Shown piece by piece: positions 57,336 to 64,000 of a DNA stretch of 64,000 bases. The stretch is from a phage. Where the stretch lies: the sequence record PZ452594.1; one strand, 5' to 3'. The position numbers and the translations under genes were made by a program. Under the pieces are notes generated by a model. The model saw only the letters and a program-made list of their open reading frames with translations, made no database searches and was not told the origin of the DNA. Positions within the stretch are counted from its first letter, which is position 1. Each line of letters begins with the position of its first letter.

Positions 57336-58304
57336 TTATTTCAGAAGAGTAACCTCAGCGATTTCTTCCCAACCGTTTTTGTCGGTCATAATAAAGTCAG
57401 CAAGATAAAGAGCAGTACGCAGTGAAACATTACGTAAACGATTAACATTGACTTTCATCCATGATAATGCTTTATAAGTTTCTTCATCAGAAAGACCGCG
57501 CTTTTGCATCATGTCAGTTGAAAGAATAACATCTTCAACCCTGACCATAATTTCTTCATTAGTGTGAACACCCAAATCCAAATAAACTGAGCGGGACACT
57601 AATGCTTGTAAATGTGGAGCAAGTTTAGTACCACGGTCTAATTCGCGGTCAATGTCAACGTTTGTGATAAAAACAATCGTTCCTTTAAATTCAAACTCAC
57701 GCTCAATGCCTTTTTCTTCTAAGTAAGAAGATGCGGTGCTCCAGCAGACTTTACGGGTCTCTCCAGTGTCCAGAGCAGCTTTCAGAAGATTAAGAATGTC
57801 CATATCAGAGAAAACATCCACATCATCAATCAAAAGGACAGAATTCTCTTCACGATTATTCCAAAGCTGCTCATAAAGACCAATACCAGAGATTTTACCA
57901 TTAATGCTTTTATATTCAATGTATCCAATATCATTTGCTTTATTTAAAGCTTTATCTAAAGAATACGTTTTACCAATACCTGCTGCACCAGAGATAATTA
58001 ATGAACGAATGTTTCCGTTAATAATACCATTCGTCATCATTCCCATAACATTAAATCTTTTATTAATGCGGGTTTTCATATCTTCATACGATTCTTTAAC
58101 TTCTTCAACTTTTACACCATCATATGAAATGTCTGATTTGTAAACCCAAACACCGCGACGTTTACCGTCAATTTCAACAAAAACTTTACCATCTCCTTGT
58201 GCATCTACCGGAGCATTATCTGGGAACCATTCGCCTAAGAGCTCAAAAGTTCCAGAAATTTCTTTACCGAAGTAGATACCCTTATTGATAGTTACAGTTT
58301 TCAT
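57336..58304 (-). CDS. P-loop NTPase (322 aa)
   Basis: Walker A GAAGIGKTYS and Walker B VLLIDDVD. Confidence 0.6.
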   Translation of the reverse strand: MKTVTINKGIYFGKEISGTFELLGEWFPDNAPVDAQGDGKVFVEIDGKRRGVWVYKSDISYDGVKVEEVKESYEDMKTRINKRFNVMGMMTNGIINGNIRSLIISGAAGIGKTYSLDKALNKANDIGYIEYKSINGKISGIGLYEQLWNNREENSVLLIDDVDVFSDMDILNLLKAALDTGETRKVCWSTASSYLEEKGIEREFEFKGTIVFITNVDIDRELDRGTKLAPHLQALVSRSVYLDLGVHTNEEIMVRVEDVILSTDMMQKRGLSDEETYKALSWMKVNVNRLRNVSLRTALYLADFIMTDKNGWEEIAEVTLLK

Positions 58305-58361
58305 TTTATTCTCCTTTGATTTGATAGGACTACTATAACATAGTCCTATCAGTTTGTATAC

Positions 58362-58562
58362 TTATTTTGACATTTCTTCGATGTCACGACGATACCCGTC
58401 ACGAACTTCACGAAGAGCTTCAAGGCCACACATAGGCTCGATACCAGTAATGTGAACTTGATTAATCTGATACTCTACATCTTCTAACTGAGCGAAAACA
58501 TAACGACGTTCAGCTGCACAACCAGATTTAGCTTTACCGAAACGTTTATTCAAAGTAGTCAT
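58362..58562 (-). CDS. hypothetical protein (66 aa)
   Basis: ORF track; downstream of promoter 58601-58630. Confidence 0.45.
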   Translation of the reverse strand: MTTLNKRFGKAKSGCAAERRYVFAQLEDVEYQINQVHITGIEPMCGLEALREVRDGYRRDIEEMSK

Positions 58563-58600
58563 TTTGTATCTCCAATTTACTCATTTGTTTTGATAGTTGT

Positions 58601-58630
58601 ATAGTACCATAAAGCTTTATGCTTGTAAAC
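58601..58630 (-). promoter_or_regulatory. T4-type early promoter
   Basis: GTTTAC (rc 58625-58630), 18-nt spacer, TACTAT (rc 58601-58606). Confidence 0.45.
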
Positions 58631-58649
58631 AGTTTTGTGAAAAAATTTT

Positions 58650-58679
58650 TGAAATAAAAAAGGGAGCCCGAAGGCTCCC
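58650..58679 (-). terminator. intrinsic terminator
   Basis: Hairpin gggagcc-cgaa-ggctccc (58662-58679; UUCG loop in RNA) followed by U-run (plus A-run 58654-58661). Confidence 0.6.
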
Positions 58680-58681
58680 TA

Positions 58682-59695
58682 TCATTTATAATAACTTCGG
58701 TGGTTTTCAAGATAGACCTTCTCAAGGAAGTCATCCCAGAAACTCATGTCTACTTTTTGCTGCATACCGTTCTTAGAAGCTTCAGTAGATGCTGCTTCTA
58801 CTTGATCAACCACATCTTCCAAAAACTCTTGAACTGTTTTAAATGGATGTTTACCCAACTTCACGTCGAGAATAAATGGAGCATCTTGGAGTGGATAAAT
58901 CAAGTCGCCAGTTTTGTAAATTTCCAATAGTTGAAGTCCACCACGACAAGCATGACTTAGTGCTTTCCAATCAATACCTTCATTAGCTTCGGCTTTACGA
59001 GCACGTTCACCATATTCAGCATCTAATTTGTTCAGTGACTGCTTAAGCTCAATAAGAGAAAGTGTTGTCTGATATTTACGACCCAACACAGTGTAGAACG
59101 TTTGCGGGCCTGTTTTCTCGTGATTATGGAACACCCATTCACAGAATTCGTTTTCTGGAAGACGATGCTTAATATCTTCAACTTTAGTGCGACGCTGCTT
59201 AATAGAACCATCTTCTTGGTAATCAATCCACTGCTCAGGAATTTGATTAACTACTTTCAATACATCACGTAATGCAGCCAAACGAGAACCCTTGACACCG
59301 TATTTAGAAGCTTGCTTGCGAACATATCCTAAATAGGATTTCATGTTAGTCGTATAAAAACGAGAACGGTTGTCTTGAATAAACTTCCACACGTCAGGCA
59401 AATCAGATTTAACCACTAGTTCAGGTGGAGTGTGAAGCATATCCAATGCTACAGTTTCACCATCTGCTGCTAATTTAAAGAAATATTTAAGACTGTATAG
59501 TTCATGGTCAATATCATCTTTAGTGTTTTTAGATGATGTGTTGTTGGTATTTTTACTCATATGCTCTTTAACATTTCCGATAAGAATATCGCGAGCAGGA
59601 GGAACAAAGATTTCTTTAAAATCTACATCAGATTCTGGGGTAGAAGTTCCATAAAGATGACTACCAAAATAGCTTTTCATTACTGTTTTCATCAT
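58682..59695 (-). CDS. Pol-beta-superfamily nucleotidyltransferase-like protein (337 aa)
   Basis: N-terminal GSHLYGTSTPESDVDF fits the hG[GS]x9-13 D-x-[DE] nucleotidyltransferase signature; followed by terminator. Confidence 0.5.
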   Translation of the reverse strand: MMKTVMKSYFGSHLYGTSTPESDVDFKEIFVPPARDILIGNVKEHMSKNTNNTSSKNTKDDIDHELYSLKYFFKLAADGETVALDMLHTPPELVVKSDLPDVWKFIQDNRSRFYTTNMKSYLGYVRKQASKYGVKGSRLAALRDVLKVVNQIPEQWIDYQEDGSIKQRRTKVEDIKHRLPENEFCEWVFHNHEKTGPQTFYTVLGRKYQTTLSLIELKQSLNKLDAEYGERARKAEANEGIDWKALSHACRGGLQLLEIYKTGDLIYPLQDAPFILDVKLGKHPFKTVQEFLEDVVDQVEAASTEASKNGMQQKVDMSFWDDFLEKVYLENHRSYYK

Positions 59696-60153
59696 TCAGC
59701 CTTATATTCAATAACAGGACATACTTTAGCTTTACGCGCTTTTAAAAATTCAACGATAACCGATTTCTTGGGTTGAATAGGAGGTAAACCTTTATACGCC
59801 CTATCAATATTTTCTACGTGTAAAGCATAATCCTTTTTCCATTTATAATCTTTATATTTTTCACGCAAATGTGCAGGAATAACAAATGAACCGATAATAA
59901 GTAAAACAACCAAAATCGCAAGTATAAATGCTGATGGAAGCAAAGTCCATAAACTACCAAAAATAATCCAACGCTGTAGGCTTTCTGCACAAATAATTGT
60001 TAGCCCTACGAGTATAGCACATCCAAAAATAGAAACGAAAAATGTAGGAATGGCAATAGACCAAAAATATGCGCATAGTGTCTTAGGTCGTTGCCATTCA
60101 TCGTTAAACAATTTGAATAATTTATAGTGCCAAGAGTTTTCATTAATAATCAT
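59692..60153 (-). CDS. membrane protein (153 aa)
   Basis: Two or three hydrophobic helices (FWSIAIPTFFVSIFGCAILVGLTIICA; LLPSAFILAILVVLLIIGSFVI). Confidence 0.5.
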   Translation of the reverse strand: MIINENSWHYKLFKLFNDEWQRPKTLCAYFWSIAIPTFFVSIFGCAILVGLTIICAESLQRWIIFGSLWTLLPSAFILAILVVLLIIGSFVIPAHLREKYKDYKWKKDYALHVENIDRAYKGLPPIQPKKSVIVEFLKARKAKVCPVIEYKAE

Positions 60154-60155
60154 AA

Positions 60156-60677
60156 TTATACTTTCATTGAAGGTGTAACAGTTGTTAAATACTTAATCAT
60201 AGCTTCAGCTTCTGATTTTGATAATGAAATTTCTCCACTGTTTTGACGAATAGAAATAAAATCCGGATGACGGTCACCACCAGCTTTTAAAACACACATA
60301 TAAGTATCAACTTCGCCTTCAATATTTGAAATGATTGAAGCAGTTCCACATGAATGCGGTTTTTGATAAATCAACACAGCTTTTCTTCCGCCATTTGACT
60401 GTTCATAGGCTTTTAATACATCAAACAAATCAGTTCTTTTATCAATAGCTAAAATGTTATTTTCATCTTCAATGTTAAATCCTTCGGATACTTCATAAAG
60501 TGTTACCCATAAATCACCAATGTCAATAACAGCATTTACTTTTCCACGGCTTTCAAGAGTATGACAAATTTTCTTGATTTCGTCATAACTCATTTTAATA
60601 ATATCATCTCCTTGACTAAGAAAGATGTCATTTTTAAATTCAACACGAATTAAACCGCTTTCACTTGAAATAAACAT
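60156..60677 (-). CDS. hypothetical protein (173 aa), paralogue of next gene
   Basis: C-terminus SEAEAMIKYLTTVTPSMKV resembles DEAIALKTYLDSVIPTMISK of ORF 60684-61238. Confidence 0.5.
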   Translation of the reverse strand: MFISSESGLIRVEFKNDIFLSQGDDIIKMSYDEIKKICHTLESRGKVNAVIDIGDLWVTLYEVSEGFNIEDENNILAIDKRTDLFDVLKAYEQSNGGRKAVLIYQKPHSCGTASIISNIEGEVDTYMCVLKAGGDRHPDFISIRQNSGEISLSKSEAEAMIKYLTTVTPSMKV

Positions 60678-60683
60678 ATTTCC

Positions 60684-61238
60684 TCACTTTGAAATCATAG
60701 TTGGAATAACAGAATCAAGATAAGTCTTTAGTGCAATAGCTTCGTCTTTGGTAAATGTGACAATATGTGCTCGAGAATCATCAATTTGGCGAACAAGTAC
60801 GACATCGCCATCTTCATAAGAAGTCTTGACATCCAAAGTCGTAGTATAATTTGCAGCTACTGGATTAATAATGCTAGCACCGCGATCTTTAGCCCATTGA
60901 AGTTTAGCCTTTTCGGGTGTTTCGACTGTTTCAGATTCCAAGAATTCTTTCACCTTGGCAACGAATGTTGCCCAATTGTTGATAGAAAGACACATAAATT
61001 CAGTTTCAATATTACCGCCGTAAAGGCCACGATAAAAACGAACTTGGAGGTCGCCTGTAATATTAGTTACACCGGTAACTCCTGAGGGAGCATAAGATAA
61101 AATCGCAGCCAGTTCCATAGGAAGAATAGTAATACTATCGTCTTCCTGCGTCAGAACGTATACATTATCACGTTTTTCGATAACCAGGTCACCGAACAAA
61201 TCAGTTGTTTCAATTACAGCTTTCATATTATTTACCAA
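60684..61238 (-). CDS. hypothetical protein (184 aa), paralogue of previous gene
   Basis: ORF track; shared C-terminal motif. Confidence 0.5.
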   Translation of the reverse strand: MVNNMKAVIETTDLFGDLVIEKRDNVYVLTQEDDSITILPMELAAILSYAPSGVTGVTNITGDLQVRFYRGLYGGNIETEFMCLSINNWATFVAKVKEFLESETVETPEKAKLQWAKDRGASIINPVAANYTTTLDVKTSYEDGDVVLVRQIDDSRAHIVTFTKDEAIALKTYLDSVIPTMISK

Positions 61239-61413
61239 TTAAAGTTTCAATATAAGAATCAAGATTTACTTTAGCTTCTTCCATAAGAGTTTTGTATTTA
61301 ATCTTGTTAGCATGTCCGGAGAAAGCTGATTCATCAATAATTGTTGATGTATGAACAGCTCTACTATACGTCTCAATTAATTCTCTTAATTTAAAAGCCT
61401 GCTCACTCGTCAT
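61228..61413 (-). CDS. hypothetical protein (61 aa)
   Basis: ORF track. Confidence 0.45.
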   Translation of the reverse strand: MTSEQAFKLRELIETYSRAVHTSTIIDESAFSGHANKIKYKTLMEEAKVNLDSYIETLIGK

Positions 61414-61545
61414 TACATACTCCTTTGAATAATATCAATAATGTTATTCACCAAATTATAAGTAAACATTGGGTAATTATATTGAATCATCACATACACA
61501 ACAAACAAAACTTTCATTCTCTTCTCCTTGGCAGTTGACAAGATT

Positions 61546-61575
61546 ACTATACCATAACCTTGCCAACTTGTAAAC
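61546..61575 (-). promoter_or_regulatory. T4-type early promoter
   Basis: GTTTAC (rc 61570-61575), 18-nt spacer, TATAGT (rc 61546-61551). Confidence 0.35.
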
Positions 61576-61740
61576 CATTAAATGACGTTTTCAATAAAAT
61601 TCTGAAGCTTTGTGTGAGCATCAACCATGATTTTCAATTCTTCTTTGGCGAAAGCTATACCTCTTTCCCGAGAAGAACACTCATAGTCAGAAACTGCATT
61701 AGCATATTCTTCAATTAGCTTCATTAAAAACATCTGCTTT

Positions 61741-61935
61741 TCAGTTTTCATTATTCCACCTAATCATTTCAAGATATTGAACTAACTTAGCTTTGGATTT
61801 ATCCAAATCCTTTTTAGCTGCTTCTATACCGTCGTATGAATATCCTTCACAATGCTCAACTGCTAATTGGTATGAATCTATTTCAATATCACGTGCTAAT
61901 TTAATGATTTTTTCAAACTGTTCACGTGTTAGCAT
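61741..61935 (-). CDS. hypothetical protein (64 aa)
   Basis: ORF track. Confidence 0.45.
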   Translation of the reverse strand: MLTREQFEKIIKLARDIEIDSYQLAVEHCEGYSYDGIEAAKKDLDKSKAKLVQYLEMIRWNNEN

Positions 61936-61937
61936 AC

Positions 61938-62141
61938 TTAAACTCTCGTATTATGATCGATAATTTCATCAAGAAACATATCTAACGCTTCTAAAGCATT
62001 ATCAACTTTAGCTTCAAGTTCATCAATGCCTTTATTTGCAATGCCTGACGAAAACCAAGCAAAGTCACTAAGTTCCTCGTCTGCTTTACGAATTAAAGCT
62101 ACCAATTCTTTAATCTTATCCGCTTGTTCGATACTAATCAT
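61938..62141 (-). CDS. hypothetical protein (~67 aa)
   Basis: Track ORF 61938-62177; start moved to ATG with SD GGTGGAA, TAATG junction with upstream ORF. Confidence 0.45.
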   Translation of the reverse strand: MISIEQADKIKELVALIRKADEELSDFAWFSSGIANKGIDELEAKVDNALEALDMFLDEIIDHNTRV

Positions 62142-62374
62142 TATTCCACCACATATGAAAGAGAGAATATTGCACACGCCATGTGAGTTGCAACTTCATC
62201 ACACATATTATAACGTTTCTTAAGAAGTTCTACAAGTTCTTCACTAGTAACTTCATCCATGTCGACGAAAAAATCACCATTAATGATGACGTAGATATTT
62301 CCTTCTTGATTGAGTGCTTCAATTTTCATGATGTTCTCCTCTTTATCCGATAGTTGTATAGTATCACAGCTCAA
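62141..62374 (-). CDS. hypothetical acidic protein (77 aa)
   Basis: ORF track; downstream of promoter 62358-62387. Confidence 0.45.
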
Positions 62375-62387
62375 ACGGAAAGTAAAC
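62358..62387 (-). promoter_or_regulatory. T4-type early promoter
   Basis: GTTTAC (rc 62382-62387), 18-nt spacer, TACTAT (rc 62358-62363). Confidence 0.4.
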
Positions 62388-62390
62388 CGG

Positions 62391-62420
62391 TAAAATGAAA
62401 AAAGTCTCCCGAAGGAGACT
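62391..62420 (-). terminator. intrinsic terminator after rI operon
   Basis: Hairpin agtctcc-cgaa-ggagact (62403-62420) followed by U-run (plus A-run 62398-62402). Confidence 0.55.
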
Positions 62421-62424
62421 AATG

Positions 62425-62811
62425 TTATTCGAGGGAAAGAAGATACTTACTCTGGTAAAACATTCCAGTAATATCATCTATCGTGCTTTGGATGGCTGGA
62501 GGCATTTCTTTATAAATGCTGTTAGATTGGTCTAGTATGCGATCAATCATTTTAATTGTGTCGGTAGGAAGTTTACTGGCATCTGGAATTGAAGGTGTGT
62601 ATTTTCTACCAGAATACCCCAAATATTGCTCACCAAATTTATCAATCAAATCTGGCAACTCGGAGAAAATAAAATCGTATGCTTTATGTCTAGCATAACT
62701 TTTAGTTTCAAAATGTGCAGAATGAAAATAAGCTTGTGCAGCCATTAATAAACCTAAGTATTCATCTGCCTTTGAAGGTTTTCCACTTTGTGAAAAGTCG
62801 CTGAATTTCAT
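62425..62811 (-). CDS. hypothetical protein (128 aa), rI.-1-like position
   Basis: ORF track; ATGA overlap with rI. Confidence 0.5.
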
Positions 62812-63101
62812 TCAGTCTCCAATTTAATGTTCATAATTCTAGCGTATGATTGTGCCATCTCCGCGCCTCGTTCTATACATTCAAAATCAGAAGAGCACGG
62901 GTCATTTTTATAGGTCGTTCTCATAAAACTATAGAATTGTTCAGACGATTCTACGCTTTTATTTTCAAAAAGCATATAAACGTGCCTAATACCAGATTCC
63001 ATAAATTTATCAAAATGAGAATCGACATTCGCTTCAATTGATGGAGATAAAACAAATGACAATCCTAGCATGGCAAAAAGTGCCGTTGCTTTTAAGGCCA
63101 T
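62808..63101 (-). CDS. rI: lysis-inhibition regulator rI (97 aa)
   Basis: MALKATALFAMLGLSFVLSPSIEANVDSHFDKFMESGIRHVYMLF... recognised as T4 rI; N-terminal signal-anchor. Confidence 0.9.
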   Translation of the reverse strand: MALKATALFAMLGLSFVLSPSIEANVDSHFDKFMESGIRHVYMLFENKSVESSEQFYSFMRTTYKNDPCSSDFECIERGAEMAQSYARIMNIKLETE

Positions 63102-63113
63102 AAAGGCCTCCTA

Positions 63114-63326
63114 TCATTTTTGTCCTGTATTTACTTTATGCCGGTGCACGGCCTTAACTTTATCAAAGTATTTTTCAAAATTTCGCAATCTAGTATAGTC
63201 TGCCGGAGATTGGTTGAGCGATACTTCTCGACGCAAAGCTGAAATGATATTTCCAACTTCCCTACGAATTTCATCTAATTGAAGAACAGTAAGATTGCGA
63301 AGTTGCTTTTCAGTTAATTGTAGCAT
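63114..63326 (-). CDS. hypothetical protein (70 aa), rI.1-like
   Basis: ORF track. Confidence 0.5.
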   Translation of the reverse strand: MLQLTEKQLRNLTVLQLDEIRREVGNIISALRREVSLNQSPADYTRLRNFEKYFDKVKAVHRHKVNTGQK

Positions 63327-63368
63327 ATATACCCCTTTAGTTAGATAAACCTATTTATAACTTTTGCA

Positions 63369-63950
63369 CTAACCAAGCTTTTTAGTTAATTCATTCCAAT
63401 GTTTTCTACACAAAGAAACATAAATTTCATCACCAATACAGATTTGATTACCTTCTTTAACTGGTGTTCCATCTTCCATTAATCGAGCTGTCATAATCGC
63501 TTTTTTACCGCAATGACAAACTGCTTTTAGTTCAATAAGTTTATCTGCAATCGCTAAAAGTTCTTTAGAACCTTCAAACAATTTTCCAGCGAAATCAGTC
63601 CTTAATCCATAAGCCATAACAGGAACATTATATGTATCAACAATTCGGCTCAATTGATGCACTTGTTCAGTTTTTAAAAACTGGGCTTCATCTACAAATA
63701 CGCAATGAATATCTTTTTGTGCTTCAGCCCATTTATAGAACTCGAAAATATCCATATCATCTGTGATAATATTCGCTTCCTGTTTAATTCCAATGCGAGA
63801 AACGACTTCACAGACAGAGTCGCGAGTATCAATAGCAGGCTTAAGAACTAATACACTCATTCCACGTTCTTTATAATTATGTGCAGCAGTCAAAAGAGAA
63901 GCAGATTTTCCAGCATTCATTGCTGCATAAGTAAAAATTAAACTCGCCAT
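63369..63950 (-). CDS. tk: thymidine kinase (193 aa)
   Basis: P-loop AAMNAGKS, zinc ribbon CHCGKK...C; recognised as T4 Tk. Confidence 0.92.
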   Translation of the reverse strand: MASLIFTYAAMNAGKSASLLTAAHNYKERGMSVLVLKPAIDTRDSVCEVVSRIGIKQEANIITDDMDIFEFYKWAEAQKDIHCVFVDEAQFLKTEQVHQLSRIVDTYNVPVMAYGLRTDFAGKLFEGSKELLAIADKLIELKAVCHCGKKAIMTARLMEDGTPVKEGNQICIGDEIYVSLCRKHWNELTKKLG

Positions 63951-63962
63951 TTTAGTCCTTAG

Positions 63963-64000
63963 TTAAATTTTCTAAATATGTTTCTAAATCATTTTCAGCT
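63963..64000 (-). CDS. C-terminal fragment of a gene upstream of tk (runs off right edge)
   Basis: Open minus-strand frame ending at TAA 63965-63963; only ~12 codons in window. Confidence 0.25.

Noticed and set aside
58546-58734. 62-aa minus-strand ORF spanning the terminator hairpin and the 3 prime end of the nucleotidyltransferase-like gene
   Set aside because: It overlaps a better-supported gene and a terminator; probably a frame artefact.
1316-62390. Recurrent ~30-50 bp direct repeats considered as a possible CRISPR-like array or IS termini
   Set aside because: Copies are dispersed, always intergenic upstream of genes, and have the GTTTAC/18-nt/-10 architecture of T4 early promoters; there are no regularly spaced repeat-spacer units or transposase genes.
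1086-62698. Plus-strand ORFs from the track that lie inside minus-strand genes (e.g. 1086-1283, 2371-2607, 2656-2877, 5047-5322, 5908-6206, 9562-10065, 16537-16761, 25499-25729, 27518-27712, 32062-32721, 36108-36524, 47389-47613, 52000-52655, 60765-61085)
   Set aside because: They are antisense to well-supported phage genes, have no Shine-Dalgarno, and have biased low-complexity composition typical of AT-rich antisense frames.
1-64000. tRNA or other structured RNA genes
   Set aside because: No cloverleaf-like GC-rich ~75-nt segments noticed; the T4 tRNA cluster lies outside the region homologous to this window. Not formally scanned.

Overview
This window is a contiguous ~64 kb stretch of a T-even (T4-like, Tevenvirinae) myovirus genome: the early/middle replication, recombination and nucleotide-metabolism arm. 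It is colinear with phage T4 from motA/52 through rIIB-rIIA, 39, dexA, dda, modA/modB, soc, 56, 61, 41, uvsX, 42, imm, 43, regA, 62-44-45, 46-47, alpha-gt, 55, nrdH/G/D, 49, pin and nrdC to rI and tk. Almost every gene is on the minus strand, tightly packed, with frequent ATGA stop/start overlaps. Regulatory signals visible by eye are T4-type early promoters (GTTTAC -35, constant 18-nt spacer), three MotA-box middle promoters, one late promoter (TATAAATA) before soc, and many CUUCGG-type hairpins. Differences from T4 as I recall it (no database search was possible): gene 39 is uninterrupted (no gene 60/mobA split); a GT-A/DxD glycosyltransferase sits where T4 beta-gt lies; an HNH endonuclease lies between 46 and 47; there is no segF- or dam-sized gene around 56-61 but a convergent plus-strand small membrane ORF; nrdD has no intron. 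The least characterised stretch is nrdC to rI (51.3-62.4 kb), with a Pol-beta-type nucleotidyltransferase-like gene, a P-loop ATPase, four or five consecutive coiled-coil-tailed proteins and tandem paralogues. No rRNA, tRNA or CRISPR array was recognised. The ORF track uses GTG/TTG as well as ATG starts, so several starts were moved to an internal ATG with a Shine-Dalgarno; the starts of unnamed ORFs are approximate.
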